A stretch of DNA of 64,000 nt from Acidimicrobiia bacterium. Its GTDB lineage: Bacteria > Actinomycetota > Acidimicrobiia > Spongiisociales > ZC4RG35. The notes under the pieces are model-generated. The model had not been told where the DNA came from. It did no database searches and was given only the letters and a program-made list of their open reading frames with translations. Below, piece after piece: positions 36,531-45,696 of this stretch (position 1 is the first letter of the stretch; each line of letters opens with the position of its first letter). The stretch is from the NCBI GenBank assembly GCA_015488325.1, contig WFOA01000010.1:15945-79944 (forward strand), in the 5' to 3' direction. The position numbers and the translations under genes are program-made.

Positions 36531-38321
36531 TCAGAACGCCTCGACGGCCAGCTCCATGATCCGTCCGTCCTCGGATTCGGCTGCACGCCGGCGGGCGGCG
36601 ACCTGGGGTGCCACCGACCGCACGAAGAACCGGGCCGACTCCACCTTGCCGGCGTAGAAGGGGTCGTCGGCGACCTTGGGGGCGGCGACTTCGGCGTGGC
36701 GCAGGAGCAGCCACGCCACCACGACCTCGGCGAGGCTGAACAGAAGCGGAGTCGCGTGGAGGCCCGTCAGGTAGATCTCGGCCGGTTCGGTCTGGGATGC
36801 GACGAGGTGGCCGACCATCGCGCCCACATGGGCCTGGGCGTCGTCGAGCATCCGCCCCAACAGCTCCCGCTCGGCCGACACCGGGTCGTCGGCGCCTCCG
36901 GCCTTGACGAACTCGGCGATCTCGGCGGCGAGGGCGGCCACGGCCTGGCCCTGATCCCGTGCGATCTTGCGGAAGAACAGGTCGAGACCCTGGATGCCGG
37001 TCGTGCCTTCGTAGATGCTGTCGATCTTCGCGTCCCGGATGTACTGTTCCAGCGGGTAGTCCTTCAGGTATCCGGAACCTCCGAGGGTCTGAAGGGACAG
37101 GGAGAGCAGCTCGTACCCCTTCTCCGACGAGTACCCCTTGACCAGGGGCAGCAGCAGATCGTTGCGCCGCCGCCAGGTGTCGTCGTCGGGATGGAGGTGG
37201 ACCTGATCCTGCACCCAGGCCGTGTAGGCGACGAGGGCGCGCAGCCCTTCGGCCCAGGCCTTTTGGATCATCAGCATCCGCCGGACGTCGGGGTGGGCGA
37301 TGATCGGGACCCGCGGGGACGTCTTGTCGGCGGCCCTGGTGAGATCCGGACCTTGGATCCGCTCCTTGGCGTATTCGAGGGCGTTGAGGTAGCCGGTCGA
37401 CAGGGTCGCCATCGACTTGGCGCCGATCATCATCCGGGCGTGCTCGATGACCCGGAACATCTGGCGGATCCCGTCGTGAACACCCCCGACGAGGTATCCG
37501 ACTGCGGGACGGTCCATCCCGAGGGTCAGCTCGCAGGTCGCCGACCCGTTGATGCCCATCTTCTTCTCCAGGTTGGTGGCGACGATCCCGTTGCGTTCGC
37601 CGAGGGTTCCGTCGGGGTTCACCAGGAACTTGGGGACGATGAACAGGGAGAGCCCCTTCGTTCCGGGTCTCGCACCTTCGGGTCGGGCGAGGACCAGGTG
37701 GATGATGTTCTCGGCGCCGTCGTGTTCGCCTCCGGTGATGAACCGCTTCACCCCTTCGAGGTGGTACACGTCGCCGTCGACGTGGGTCGCCTTGGTCGTT
37801 CCGGCGCCGACGTCGGAGCCGGCGTCGGGTTCGGTGAGGACCATCGTCGCGGCCCAGCCCCGCTCGACCATCGTCCGGGCGAGGTCACGCTGGGCCGGCG
37901 TGCCCTCCTCCCACAGCACCCGGGCGAACAGTGGACCCGACGCGTAGAAGGTGATGGCCGGGTTCGCTCCGAGCAGGAACTCCTGGGTCGCCCAGAAGAT
38001 GGTGGGGGGCACCACCATGCCGCCGAGCTCTTCGGGGATCCCGAGCCGGTCCCAACCGGTTTCCCGCAGCAGCGCCAGGGCTCCCTTCACCTCGTCGGGG
38101 AGGTGGATCTCGCCGTCGGTCAGCTCGAGGGGGGTACGGTCGGCGAGGGCGAACGACCGGGCCCATTCCTCGCGGGCGAAACGTTCGACCTCCCGGAGGA
38201 TGTCGCGGGCCGTGTCGAGGTCGAGGTCGGAGAACGCGTCGAGGTGCTCTTGGATGCCCAGCACCTCGAACAGGTTGAATTCCAGGTCCCGCAGGTTCGA
38301 CCGGTAGTGGGTCATGGCCAT
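36531..38321 (-). CDS. Large acyl-CoA dehydrogenase (FadE-like, about 600 aa)
   Basis: MAMTHYRSNLRDLEFNLFEVLG N-terminus and ACAD middle/C-terminal domains (YEGTTGIQGLDLFFRKI). Confidence 0.85.
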   Translation of the reverse strand: MAMTHYRSNLRDLEFNLFEVLGIQEHLDAFSDLDLDTARDILREVERFAREEWARSFALADRTPLELTDGEIHLPDEVKGALALLRETGWDRLGIPEELGGMVVPPTIFWATQEFLLGANPAITFYASGPLFARVLWEEGTPAQRDLARTMVERGWAATMVLTEPDAGSDVGAGTTKATHVDGDVYHLEGVKRFITGGEHDGAENIIHLVLARPEGARPGTKGLSLFIVPKFLVNPDGTLGERNGIVATNLEKKMGINGSATCELTLGMDRPAVGYLVGGVHDGIRQMFRVIEHARMMIGAKSMATLSTGYLNALEYAKERIQGPDLTRAADKTSPRVPIIAHPDVRRMLMIQKAWAEGLRALVAYTAWVQDQVHLHPDDDTWRRRNDLLLPLVKGYSSEKGYELLSLSLQTLGGSGYLKDYPLEQYIRDAKIDSIYEGTTGIQGLDLFFRKIARDQGQAVAALAAEIAEFVKAGGADDPVSAERELLGRMLDDAQAHVGAMVGHLVASQTEPAEIYLTGLHATPLLFSLAEVVVAWLLLRHAEVAAPKVADDPFYAGKVESARFFVRSVAPQVAARRRAAESEDGRIMELAVEAF

Positions 38322-38349
38322 CCCTTCTCTTTTCAGCACCCAGTCTAAT

Positions 38350-38365
38350 TTGAGTAATAGCTCAA
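38350..38365. promoter_or_regulatory. Candidate TetR operator: inverted repeat TTGAG-taatag-CTCAA in an AT-rich fadE/tetR divergent intergenic region
   Basis: Perfect 5-bp arms with a 6-bp spacer inside the only AT-rich stretch (38341..38380) of this intergenic region. Confidence 0.45.
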
Positions 38366-38403
38366 GAACATTCGACCTCCGGGAACCTGGTACGGTCGCC
38401 ACC

Positions 38404-38949
38404 ATGAGGAACCGCGCCGGTATCGAGACCCGGGAGCGAATCCTGGAAGCGACCCGCACGCTCCTCTCCGAGCGAGGTCTGGAGGGCACCACCGTCAAGG
38501 CGATCTGCGAGGTCGCCGGGATCCTGGCCGGGAGCTTCTACAACCTGTTCGACTCGAAGGAGCAGGTGGTGCTGTCCGTCGTCGCCGAGGCGATCGCGGC
38601 CGTCGACCCCGACGGCCCGGGCCCCGAGAGCGTGGCCGAACTCGTCGAGGCGTACGTCCGGTTCGTCACCGAGGAACAGACCCTGGCGAGGGTGTACCTG
38701 GCCGTGGCGGTGAGCAAAGGCCTCCAAGACCCCGAGATGGCCCGACGGGTGCTCCGACACCACGAGCAGCGGGTCGAACGGTTCCGACGTGCCCTGGCCG
38801 CCGAAGGACTCGGCGAACCGGAGGCCTCCCTGCGGGCGGAGGCCGTCGCCGCCACGTTGGAGGGGTATGCCCTCCATGCCCTGTTGGACCCCGGCTTCGA
38901 TCTGGCCGCCCACGCCCTCAGGTTGGTGAACGAGACGGTGGGAGCATGA
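38404..38949 (+). CDS. TetR-family transcriptional regulator
   Basis: HTH RERILEATRTLLSERGLEGTTVKAICEVAGILAGSFYNLFDSKEQ. Divergent from the fadE-like gene. Confidence 0.8.
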   Translation: MRNRAGIETRERILEATRTLLSERGLEGTTVKAICEVAGILAGSFYNLFDSKEQVVLSVVAEAIAAVDPDGPGPESVAELVEAYVRFVTEEQTLARVYLAVAVSKGLQDPEMARRVLRHHEQRVERFRRALAAEGLGEPEASLRAEAVAATLEGYALHALLDPGFDLAAHALRLVNETVGA

Positions 38950-39557
38950 AGGTGGAGACGCTGCGGGACGACGACACCCTCGTCGTTCGACGGGTACCGT
39001 CGATCGGCCCCTTCGACAACAACGCCTACGTCGTCGGTACCCCCGGCGGGGCAGCAGCGGTGATCGACGCCGCTGCCGAACCGGAGCTGATCATCGAGGC
39101 CTGCGCCGGCCTGACACCGCAGATGATCGTCACCACCCACGGCCACCTCGACCACATCGGCGCCCTCGACGCCGTCCAAGAGGCCTTCGACATCCCGTTC
39201 CTCCTCCACCCGGCCGACACCGAGATCGCCCAACGCTCCCCCGACGCCCCCCTCGGCGACGGCCAGGAGATCGTCCTCGGCGACGTCGCCCTCCACGTCG
39301 TCCACACCCCGGGACACACCCCGGGTTCGGTCTGCTTCGTCGTCGAGCCCTTCCTGTTCTCCGGCGACACCCTCTTCCCGGGCGGTCCCGGCGCGACCCG
39401 GTGGGAGTACTCGAGCTTCGGCCAGATCATGGATTCGCTGGAACGGCGTCTGTTCACCCTCCCCGATCCCACCTTGGTCTACCCGGGCCACGGCGATCCG
39501 ACGACCATCGGCGCCGAACGTCCCCATCTGGACGAGTGGCGGGCGCGAGGTTGGTGA
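38946..39557 (+). CDS. MBL-fold metallo-hydrolase (glyoxalase II-like)
   Basis: HxHxDH motif TTHGHLDHIGAL; 203 aa; ATGA overlap with the tetR stop. Confidence 0.85.
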   Translation: MKVETLRDDDTLVVRRVPSIGPFDNNAYVVGTPGGAAAVIDAAAEPELIIEACAGLTPQMIVTTHGHLDHIGALDAVQEAFDIPFLLHPADTEIAQRSPDAPLGDGQEIVLGDVALHVVHTPGHTPGSVCFVVEPFLFSGDTLFPGGPGATRWEYSSFGQIMDSLERRLFTLPDPTLVYPGHGDPTTIGAERPHLDEWRARGW

Positions 39558-39582
39558 CCCCGAGGCGATAGGCTCGGGCGTC

Positions 39583-40506
39583 ATGGACTACGCCCTCATG
39601 ACCGAGCCGCAGATCGGCGGCACCTACGAACAGCTCCTCGAACTCGCCCGCTGGGCCGAGGCGGCCGGGATGGTCGCCTTCGCCCGTTCCGACCATCTCT
39701 ACTCGTCCCGGGAGCCTCGCCCCGACGCCACCGAGGCCTTCACCACCCTCGCCGGCCTCGCCCGGGAGACCGACCGGATCCGGCTCTGCGTGTTGGTGAC
39801 ACCGATCACGTTCCGTCACCCGGCGATCATCGCCAAGGCGGCCGCCACCATCGACCAGATGTCGGAGGGCCGCCTCGACCTGGGGATCGGAACCGGGTGG
39901 ATGGAGCTGGAACACGAGGCGTTCGGACTGACGTTCCCCCCGGAACGAGAGCGGTTCGAACGGCTGGAGGAGGCGATCCGCTACGTCCGCTCTGCCTTCG
40001 GAGACGACCACGCCCGCTTCGACGGACGCCACTATCACCTCGACGCCGAGGTGCGCCCCCGACCGTCGGGGACCCGCATCGTCGTGGGAGGCTCCGGTCC
40101 CCGCCGCACCCCCACCCTGGCCGGACGTTTCGCCGACGAGTACAACCATTTCCTCGCCCCACCGGAGACCATCGCCCCCAAGGTGGCGACGATGCGCCGG
40201 GCGGCAGAAGAGGCAGGTCGCGACCCCGAGGGGATCTGCGTGTCTGTGATGGGTCCCGTCGTGGCCGGCACCGACGAGGCGGACTACGCCGAGAGGCTGG
40301 CCCGGAGGGCGGCGAGCCGTGACCTGTCCCCGGCCGAATACGAGGAACGGCTGGTCGCGGCGGGCGTCCCGGTGGGCCCACCCGACCGACTGGCCGAGGC
40401 CGTCGGGGGTCTCGAAGCCGTCGGTGTCTCCAAGCTCTACCTGCAATGGGTCGACCTCGACGACCGCGAAGGCCTCGAAGCCACCTACCGGGCCCTCACC
40501 GGGTGA
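39583..40506 (+). CDS. LLM-class (luciferase-like) F420/flavin-dependent oxidoreductase
   Basis: TIM-barrel LLM signatures (RLDLGIGTGW, TRIVVGGSGPRRT). Confidence 0.8.
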   Translation: MDYALMTEPQIGGTYEQLLELARWAEAAGMVAFARSDHLYSSREPRPDATEAFTTLAGLARETDRIRLCVLVTPITFRHPAIIAKAAATIDQMSEGRLDLGIGTGWMELEHEAFGLTFPPERERFERLEEAIRYVRSAFGDDHARFDGRHYHLDAEVRPRPSGTRIVVGGSGPRRTPTLAGRFADEYNHFLAPPETIAPKVATMRRAAEEAGRDPEGICVSVMGPVVAGTDEADYAERLARRAASRDLSPAEYEERLVAAGVPVGPPDRLAEAVGGLEAVGVSKLYLQWVDLDDREGLEATYRALTG

Positions 40507-40548
40507 CGGCGAACCGAGACCGACGACGCCGTCGACACCCCCAAACCC

Positions 40549-41040
40549 TCAGCCGGTGCCGGGACGTTCCGCCACCTCGGCCACCACCGCCCCCGAGACC
40601 CGCAGGAGGTCGGCGACGGAGAGGGGGAACACCGTGTCCGGCGTCCCCGCCGCCACCCACACCGGATCGTGGCGGGCCAGCAGCGGGTCGGCGAACACCC
40701 GGAGCGGCTCCGGGAAGCCGAAGGGGGCCGTCCCGCCCGCGGCGAACCCCGTCGCCTCCCGCACCTCCTCCAAGGTGGCTCTCCGCACCTCGGTCCCCCC
40801 GGCGGCGACCGCCAGACGCTCGGGATCGAGCCTCCTGTCGCCGGGGACCAGCGCCACGACCGGCTCATCGTCGACCATGAACACGAGGGACTTCACGATC
40901 GCCGCCACCTCGCATCCGACCGCCCGAGCCGCCTGCTCCGCGGTCTTCGTCCCCTCCGGGAAGCGGTGGACCTCCATGGCCAGCCCGAGCTCCGAGGCGA
41001 CGTGTTGGAGACGACGGGTGGCGGCGGGGAACTCGGTCAC
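40549..41040 (-). CDS. YbaK/ProX-type aminoacyl-tRNA deacylase domain protein
   Basis: The C-terminal 163 aa of the track ORF (VTEFPAATRRLQHVASELGLAMEVHRF...KSLVFMVDDEPVVALVPGDRRLD...) is protein-like; GTG start. The upstream part of the same ORF is antisense junk over the lipoprotein gene. Confidence 0.65.
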   Translation of the reverse strand: MTEFPAATRRLQHVASELGLAMEVHRFPEGTKTAEQAARAVGCEVAAIVKSLVFMVDDEPVVALVPGDRRLDPERLAVAAGGTEVRRATLEEVREATGFAAGGTAPFGFPEPLRVFADPLLARHDPVWVAAGTPDTVFPLSVADLLRVSGAVVAEVAERPGTG

Positions 41041-41109
41041 GGCCCCCGAGACTAATGATTGCTCCGGAAACGGCCGATACTGGAGGGGATCCACGAGAGG
41101 GGAACGACC

Positions 41110-42201
41110 GTGAAGACCCGCCTGCGCATCCTGGCAGCCGTGTTCGCCCTGACCGCGGCAGCGTGCGGCGGTGGCACACCCGCCGCCACCGACCCGGCCG
41201 CCCCGGCCGACGACACCACCTCCCCACCTGCGTCGGGGCCCCAGATCGCGCCGGCGTCGTTCCAGTACCACTACGACGACGTCGTCGAATACGCGTTGAC
41301 CCTCGACCAGACCCTGACGATGCGCGCCGACGGCGACGCCTCGGGTTTCGGCGACGGCCGGTACGAGCTGCCCGTCGAGATGGAAGCCGATGTGCGGGCG
41401 GACCTGACGCTGCGCTACGAGACGAGTCCCGGTCCCGACCCGGGCACCACCACCGTCCGCCTCACCTCCGAGGTGACGAACCTGGTCGTCGAAGGGACGA
41501 TCAACGGCGAGCCGGCGGCCGACACCGACATGGCCCAGCTCGGGCCGACCACCCTGCCACCGGTGGACGTCACCGTCATCGTGGACGAACGGGGCAACGT
41601 GGTGGAGATCGAGAGCTCCGGCGAAGATCTCGGAGCCCTCTTCGGCGGGCTCGGGAGCCTCGAGAACCTCGGCACCTCCCGGCTCGGCCGCCCCGTCGGC
41701 CCGGCCTTCCCCGAAGAGCCGGTGGGGGTGGGCGACACCTGGACGGAGACCACCGAGACGGAAGGCCCCGAAGGGCCCATCGTCACCCGGGCCACCCACA
41801 CCGTCGTCGGCACCGACGTCGTCGCCGGGCGGGACGTGCTCGTCGTCGAGAGCGTCTACGAGACCGACGGGTTCTCGTTCGACTTCACCGACTTCCTCCG
41901 AGGGTTCCTCGAAGGCTTCAGCGACGCCGCCGGCGAGGCCGGGGCACCCGACGAGGGGGAGCTCCAAGACATGCTCGAACAGCTCGTGTTCCGCATCGAC
42001 GTGGCGCCGACGACCAGCACCGTGACCTCCTGGTTCGATCCCGAACGGGGCCTCGTCGTCGAGGCCGACGGCAACGACGACACCGGAATGGCGATGCAGT
42101 TCCAGGGCCCCAACGAGGAGACGGGGGCGATGGAACGCCTCGACGTGGACATGTCGATCACCCAGTCGGTCTCCTACCGCCTCCTCGGCCCGGGCGCCTG
42201 A
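41110..42201 (+). CDS. Putative secreted lipoprotein, function unknown
   Basis: GTG start with GAGAGGGGA upstream. Signal peptide VKTRLRILAAVFALTAAACGGG (lipobox-like LTAAAC), then an acidic, Thr/Gly-rich domain of about 340 aa. Confidence 0.6.
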   Translation: MKTRLRILAAVFALTAAACGGGTPAATDPAAPADDTTSPPASGPQIAPASFQYHYDDVVEYALTLDQTLTMRADGDASGFGDGRYELPVEMEADVRADLTLRYETSPGPDPGTTTVRLTSEVTNLVVEGTINGEPAADTDMAQLGPTTLPPVDVTVIVDERGNVVEIESSGEDLGALFGGLGSLENLGTSRLGRPVGPAFPEEPVGVGDTWTETTETEGPEGPIVTRATHTVVGTDVVAGRDVLVVESVYETDGFSFDFTDFLRGFLEGFSDAAGEAGAPDEGELQDMLEQLVFRIDVAPTTSTVTSWFDPERGLVVEADGNDDTGMAMQFQGPNEETGAMERLDVDMSITQSVSYRLLGPGA

Positions 42202-42202
42202 G

Positions 42203-42229
42203 CGCGTCGACCTCGCAAGGGTCGACGCG
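42203..42229 (+). terminator. GC-rich hairpin immediately after the lipoprotein stop (stem cgcgtcgac / gtcgacgcg, 9-nt loop)
   Basis: 9-bp perfect stem seen in the sequence. No clear U-tract (followed by gcgcctgcattt), so the intrinsic-terminator call is tentative. Confidence 0.4.
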
Positions 42230-42238
42230 GCGCCTGCA

Positions 42239-42264
42239 TTTCCACTATCACGACCGTGGAATTT
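42239..42264. promoter_or_regulatory. Inverted repeat TTTCCAC-N10-GTGGAAT upstream of sufC(1)-sufS-sufU
   Basis: 6-bp perfect core arms TTCCAC/GTGGAA with partial flanking matches, located 12-37 nt upstream of the sufC GTG. Confidence 0.4.
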
Positions 42265-42275
42265 AGGCTGGGGCC

Positions 42276-43037
42276 GTGCGCACCGAGACCCCCCTCCTCC
42301 AGATCGAGAACCTCCACGCCGGGGTCGATGACGTCGAGATCCTCAAGGGCGTCGATCTCACGGTCGAACGCGGCCGCATCCACGTGCTGATGGGTCCCAA
42401 CGGCTCCGGCAAGTCCACCCTCGCCAACGTCCTCATGGGTCACCCCTCCTACGAGGTGACCGAAGGTCGCATCCTCTTCGACGGCGACGACGTCACCGAG
42501 ATGGCCCCGGACGAACGGGCACGGCGCGGCATGTTCCTCGCCTTCCAATACCCCGAAGCCATCCCCGGGGTCTCGGTGATCCAGTTCCTGCGCCAAGCCC
42601 TCTCCAACCGCCACGGCATCGACTACACGGTGCTGGAGCTGCGGCTCAAGGTGATGGACGCGATGAGAGAGCTGGGGATGGACTCCAGCTTCGCCGACCG
42701 CTACCTCAACGAGGGATTCAGCGGCGGTGAGCGGAAACGCAACGAGGTCCTGCAGATGGCGATCCTCGAGCCGACCCTCGCCATCTTGGACGAGACCGAC
42801 TCCGGTCTCGACATCGACGCCCTCAAGACCGTCGCCGAGGGGATCGACAAGCTCCGCCACCCGGACCGTGGTTTCCTCATCATCACCCACTACCAGCGGC
42901 TGTTGGACTACGTCACCCCCGACGACGTCCACGTCTTCATGGACGGCCGGGTCGTCGAGACCGGCGGCCCCGAGCTGGCGAAGCGACTCGAAGAGGAAGG
43001 GTACGAGGCCTTCCGCCGAACCGAGGTCCCCTCATGA
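42276..43037 (+). CDS. sufC: Fe-S cluster assembly ATPase SufC (copy 1)
   Basis: [10 protein letters not shown] Walker A, FLAFQYP, LNEGFSGGERKRNEVLQM signature, [17 protein letters not shown] start. Confidence 0.9.
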   Translation: MRTETPLLQIENLHAGVDDVEILKGVDLTVERGRIHVLMGPNGSGKSTLANVLMGHPSYEVTEGRILFDGDDVTEMAPDERARRGMFLAFQYPEAIPGVSVIQFLRQALSNRHGIDYTVLELRLKVMDAMRELGMDSSFADRYLNEGFSGGERKRNEVLQMAILEPTLAILDETDSGLDIDALKTVAEGIDKLRHPDRGFLIITHYQRLLDYVTPDDVHVFMDGRVVETGGPELAKRLEEEGYEAFRRTEVPS

Positions 43038-44263
43038 GCGGTCTCGAGCACCTCCGGGCAGATTTCCCGGTGCTCCAACGGGAGATCGGGGGCAAGCCGG
43101 TGCATTTCCTCGACTCCGCCGCCAGCTCCCAGAAGCCGACGAGCGTCCTGGAAGCGATGGACGACTTCTACCGGTGCTGTTACGCCAACGTCCACCGGGG
43201 GGCGTACGCCCTGTCGGTGGAGTCGACCGAACGGTACGAGGCGGCCCGGAGCAGGGTCGCCTCGTTCATCAACGCCTCCGATCCGACCCAGGTGGCCTTC
43301 GCCCGAGGTGCCACCAGTGCGCTGAACCTCATCGCCCACGGCTGGGGTGGCGAACACCTCCGCCCCGGTGATCGGGTGCTGCTCACCGAGATGGAACACC
43401 ACGCCAACCTGGTGCCTTGGCAGATGGTCGCCGCCCGTACGGGAGCCCGCCTCGATTTCGTCCCCCTCACCGACGACTACCGGCTCGACCTGGAGGCGTT
43501 GGAGCAGAAGCTGGACGACGACGTGGCCGTCGTCGGCGTGACCGGGATGTCGAACGTCCTCGGCACCATCCCCCCGATCCCCCGGATCGCCGAGGCGGCC
43601 CGGACCGTCGGTGCTCTCCTGGTCGTGGACGGAGCCCAGCTCGTACCCCACCAACCCGTCGACGTCCAGACCCTCGGAGCCGACTTCCTCGTCTTCTCGG
43701 CCCACAAGATGCTGGGTCCGACCGGCATCGGGGCCCTGTGGGGTCGCCCCGAACGTCTCGAGGAGATGGAACCCTACGAAGGGGGCGGGGAGATGATCGC
43801 CGACGTCCAGCTCCACACCTCGACCTGGGCGGCGATCCCCCACCGTTTCGAGGCGGGGACACCGCCGATCGCCGAAGCCGTTGGTTTCGCCGCCGCGGTC
43901 GACTACCTCGACAAGGTGGGGATGGACCAGGTCGCCGCCCACGACGCCGACCTCACCGCCTACGCCCTCCAGCTCCTCGCCGAGATCCCCCACGTCACCG
44001 TGTACGGACCCGCCGACGTCGACGCCCGGGGAGGGGTGATCTCCTTCACGATGGCGGACGTCCACCCCCACGACCTGGCCACGATCCTCGACCAGCAGGG
44101 CGTGTCGGTGCGGGCGGGACATCACTGTGCCAAGCCCCTGATGCGCCGTCTCTGCGTGCCCGCCACCGCCCGGGCCTCCTTCTACGTGTACAACACCCGG
44201 ACCGACGTGGACGCCCTGGTCGAGGCCCTGGGGGTCGCATCTCGGATCTTCGGGGTCGGGTGA
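43034..44263 (+). CDS. sufS: Cysteine desulfurase SufS
   Basis: Class II aminotransferase V: PLP lysine region SAHKMLGPTGIGAL and catalytic Cys loop RAGHHCAKPLM; ATGA overlap with sufC. Confidence 0.9.
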   Translation: MSGLEHLRADFPVLQREIGGKPVHFLDSAASSQKPTSVLEAMDDFYRCCYANVHRGAYALSVESTERYEAARSRVASFINASDPTQVAFARGATSALNLIAHGWGGEHLRPGDRVLLTEMEHHANLVPWQMVAARTGARLDFVPLTDDYRLDLEALEQKLDDDVAVVGVTGMSNVLGTIPPIPRIAEAARTVGALLVVDGAQLVPHQPVDVQTLGADFLVFSAHKMLGPTGIGALWGRPERLEEMEPYEGGGEMIADVQLHTSTWAAIPHRFEAGTPPIAEAVGFAAAVDYLDKVGMDQVAAHDADLTAYALQLLAEIPHVTVYGPADVDARGGVISFTMADVHPHDLATILDQQGVSVRAGHHCAKPLMRRLCVPATARASFYVYNTRTDVDALVEALGVASRIFGVG

Positions 44264-44274
44264 GGGAGGCGGAG

Positions 44275-44730
44275 ATGTCACTCGAAGAGCTGTATCGAGA
44301 GGTCATCCTCGACCACTACCGCAACCCGCGTCATCGCAAACCCCTCGACCGGGCCGACGCCCACGCCGAAGGCGTCAACCCGCTGTGCGGCGACGAGGTG
44401 ACGGTCGAACTCGCCGTCACCGACGGGAGGATCAGCGACGTCGCCGCCATCGGCCAGGGATGTTCGATCAGCCAGTCCTCGGCTTCGATGATGACCGACG
44501 CGATCCTCGGCAAGACCGTCGAAGAGGTGCGGGACCTCATCCAACGGTTCAAGGCCATGATGGACATCGACCACGAAGCCGACCTGGGTCTCGACCCGGA
44601 TCGTCCGGGGGCGGTGTTGGGGGACCTGGAAGCCCTCCAGGGCGTGCGCCGCTACCCGGTCCGGATCAAGTGCGCCAACCTCCCCTGGACCACCCTCGCC
44701 CAGGCTCTCGACCAGCTCTCCGCCTCTTAG
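44275..44730 (+). CDS. sufU: SUF-system NifU/IscU-like scaffold SufU
   Basis: MSLEELYREVILDHYRNPRHRKPL...NPLCGDEVTV...GQGCSISQSSASMM. GAGGGAGG upstream of the ATG. Confidence 0.85.
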   Translation: MSLEELYREVILDHYRNPRHRKPLDRADAHAEGVNPLCGDEVTVELAVTDGRISDVAAIGQGCSISQSSASMMTDAILGKTVEEVRDLIQRFKAMMDIDHEADLGLDPDRPGAVLGDLEALQGVRRYPVRIKCANLPWTTLAQALDQLSAS

Positions 44731-44816
44731 GCTCTTCTTGACCTCCTGCTGATGCGCCCCTGAGTCGCATCCCGGCACGATGTCCACAGAACCGAGGGAT
44801 CAGTAGGAGGTCTCAC

Positions 44817-45692
44817 ATGGAACGAAAGATCTGGACCACGGCGGCGGCGCTCACCGTCGTTCTCGCCGTGACCGGCGTCGCCTGGGCAGGGCTGCCCCGC
44901 GCCGCCGAGACGAGCACCACCGTGACCGTGGAGAACGAGCTGGTGGCCCCGGCAGCCGACGCCGGCACCGTCACCCTCCGGAAAGTCGCCGCCGGCCTCG
45001 AGGTCGTGTCGGTGAGCCCGGCCGACGGCTGGGAGTACACCGTGAAACGTGCCGCCGGCCGGGAGGTCGAAGTCGACTTCCGAGCGATGGACGGGACGGT
45101 CGAGTTCGAGGCCGAGATCGACAACGGCCAGGTTCGCATCAAGGTGAAGGTCCGCGTGGACGCCGGTGCCTCCTCCACGACGACCGTCGATTCCACGTCC
45201 TCGACGGTGGACAGCACCTCCACCTCGGTGGCCGCCGGCCCCTCCACCACCGAGGCGGTGACGTCGACCACCATCGACGACAGCCCGTCCACCACGGTCG
45301 ACGATACGTCGCCGACCACCATCGACGACGACCGCACCACCTCGACCACGGTGTACGACGACGACGATGACGACGACCACACCACCTCGACCACGGTGTA
45401 CGACGACGATGACGACGACCGCACCACCTCGACCACGGTGGCGCAGGGCGATCCGGCCGACTTCGGCACCAAGGTCTACGACGTCGACGGCATCGGCACC
45501 GTCACCGTGGAACGGGACGCCGACGGCCTGACCCTCATCGCCGTCGTCTCCAACCCCGACTGGACGATCAACGTCGAGAAGGCCGGTCCGAAAGAGATCG
45601 AGATCGAGTTCAGGAACGGAGAGCTCGAGGTCAAGTTCGAAGCCGAGCTCGAGTACGGGGAGCTCCGGATCAAGATCGAGCGGGGTTCCTGA
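44817..45692 (+). CDS. Secreted protein with two PepSY-like beta domains separated by a Ser/Thr/Asp-rich low-complexity linker
   Basis: GGAGG 7 nt upstream. Signal peptide MERKIWTTAAALTVVLAVTGVAWA. N-terminal and C-terminal domains of about 80 aa each share the pattern ...VEVDFRAMDGTVEFEAEIDNGQVRIKVKV / ...EIEIEFRNGELEVKFEAELEYGELRIKIE. The PepSY assignment is by pattern only. Confidence 0.6.
   Translation: MERKIWTTAAALTVVLAVTGVAWAGLPRAAETSTTVTVENELVAPAADAGTVTLRKVAAGLEVVSVSPADGWEYTVKRAAGREVEVDFRAMDGTVEFEAEIDNGQVRIKVKVRVDAGASSTTTVDSTSSTVDSTSTSVAAGPSTTEAVTSTTIDDSPSTTVDDTSPTTIDDDRTTSTTVYDDDDDDDHTTSTTVYDDDDDDRTTSTTVAQGDPADFGTKVYDVDGIGTVTVERDADGLTLIAVVSNPDWTINVEKAGPKEIEIEFRNGELEVKFEAELEYGELRIKIERGS
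45334..45441 (+). repeat. Intragenic tandem repeat (about 42-45 bp unit, about 2.4 copies) encoding RTTSTTVYDDDDDDD-type peptide
   Basis: accacctcgaccacggtgtacgacgacgacgatgacgacgacc repeated nearly exactly. Confidence 0.7.
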
Positions 45693-45696
45693 CCGG

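Noticed and set aside
42174-42932. 252-aa minus-strand ORF antisense to sufC; similar antisense ORFs over sufB/sufD (51096..52361), fumC (48608..49870), gltB (59261..61174 and others)
   Set aside because: Each lies antisense to a highly conserved, confidently identified gene and has biased composition.
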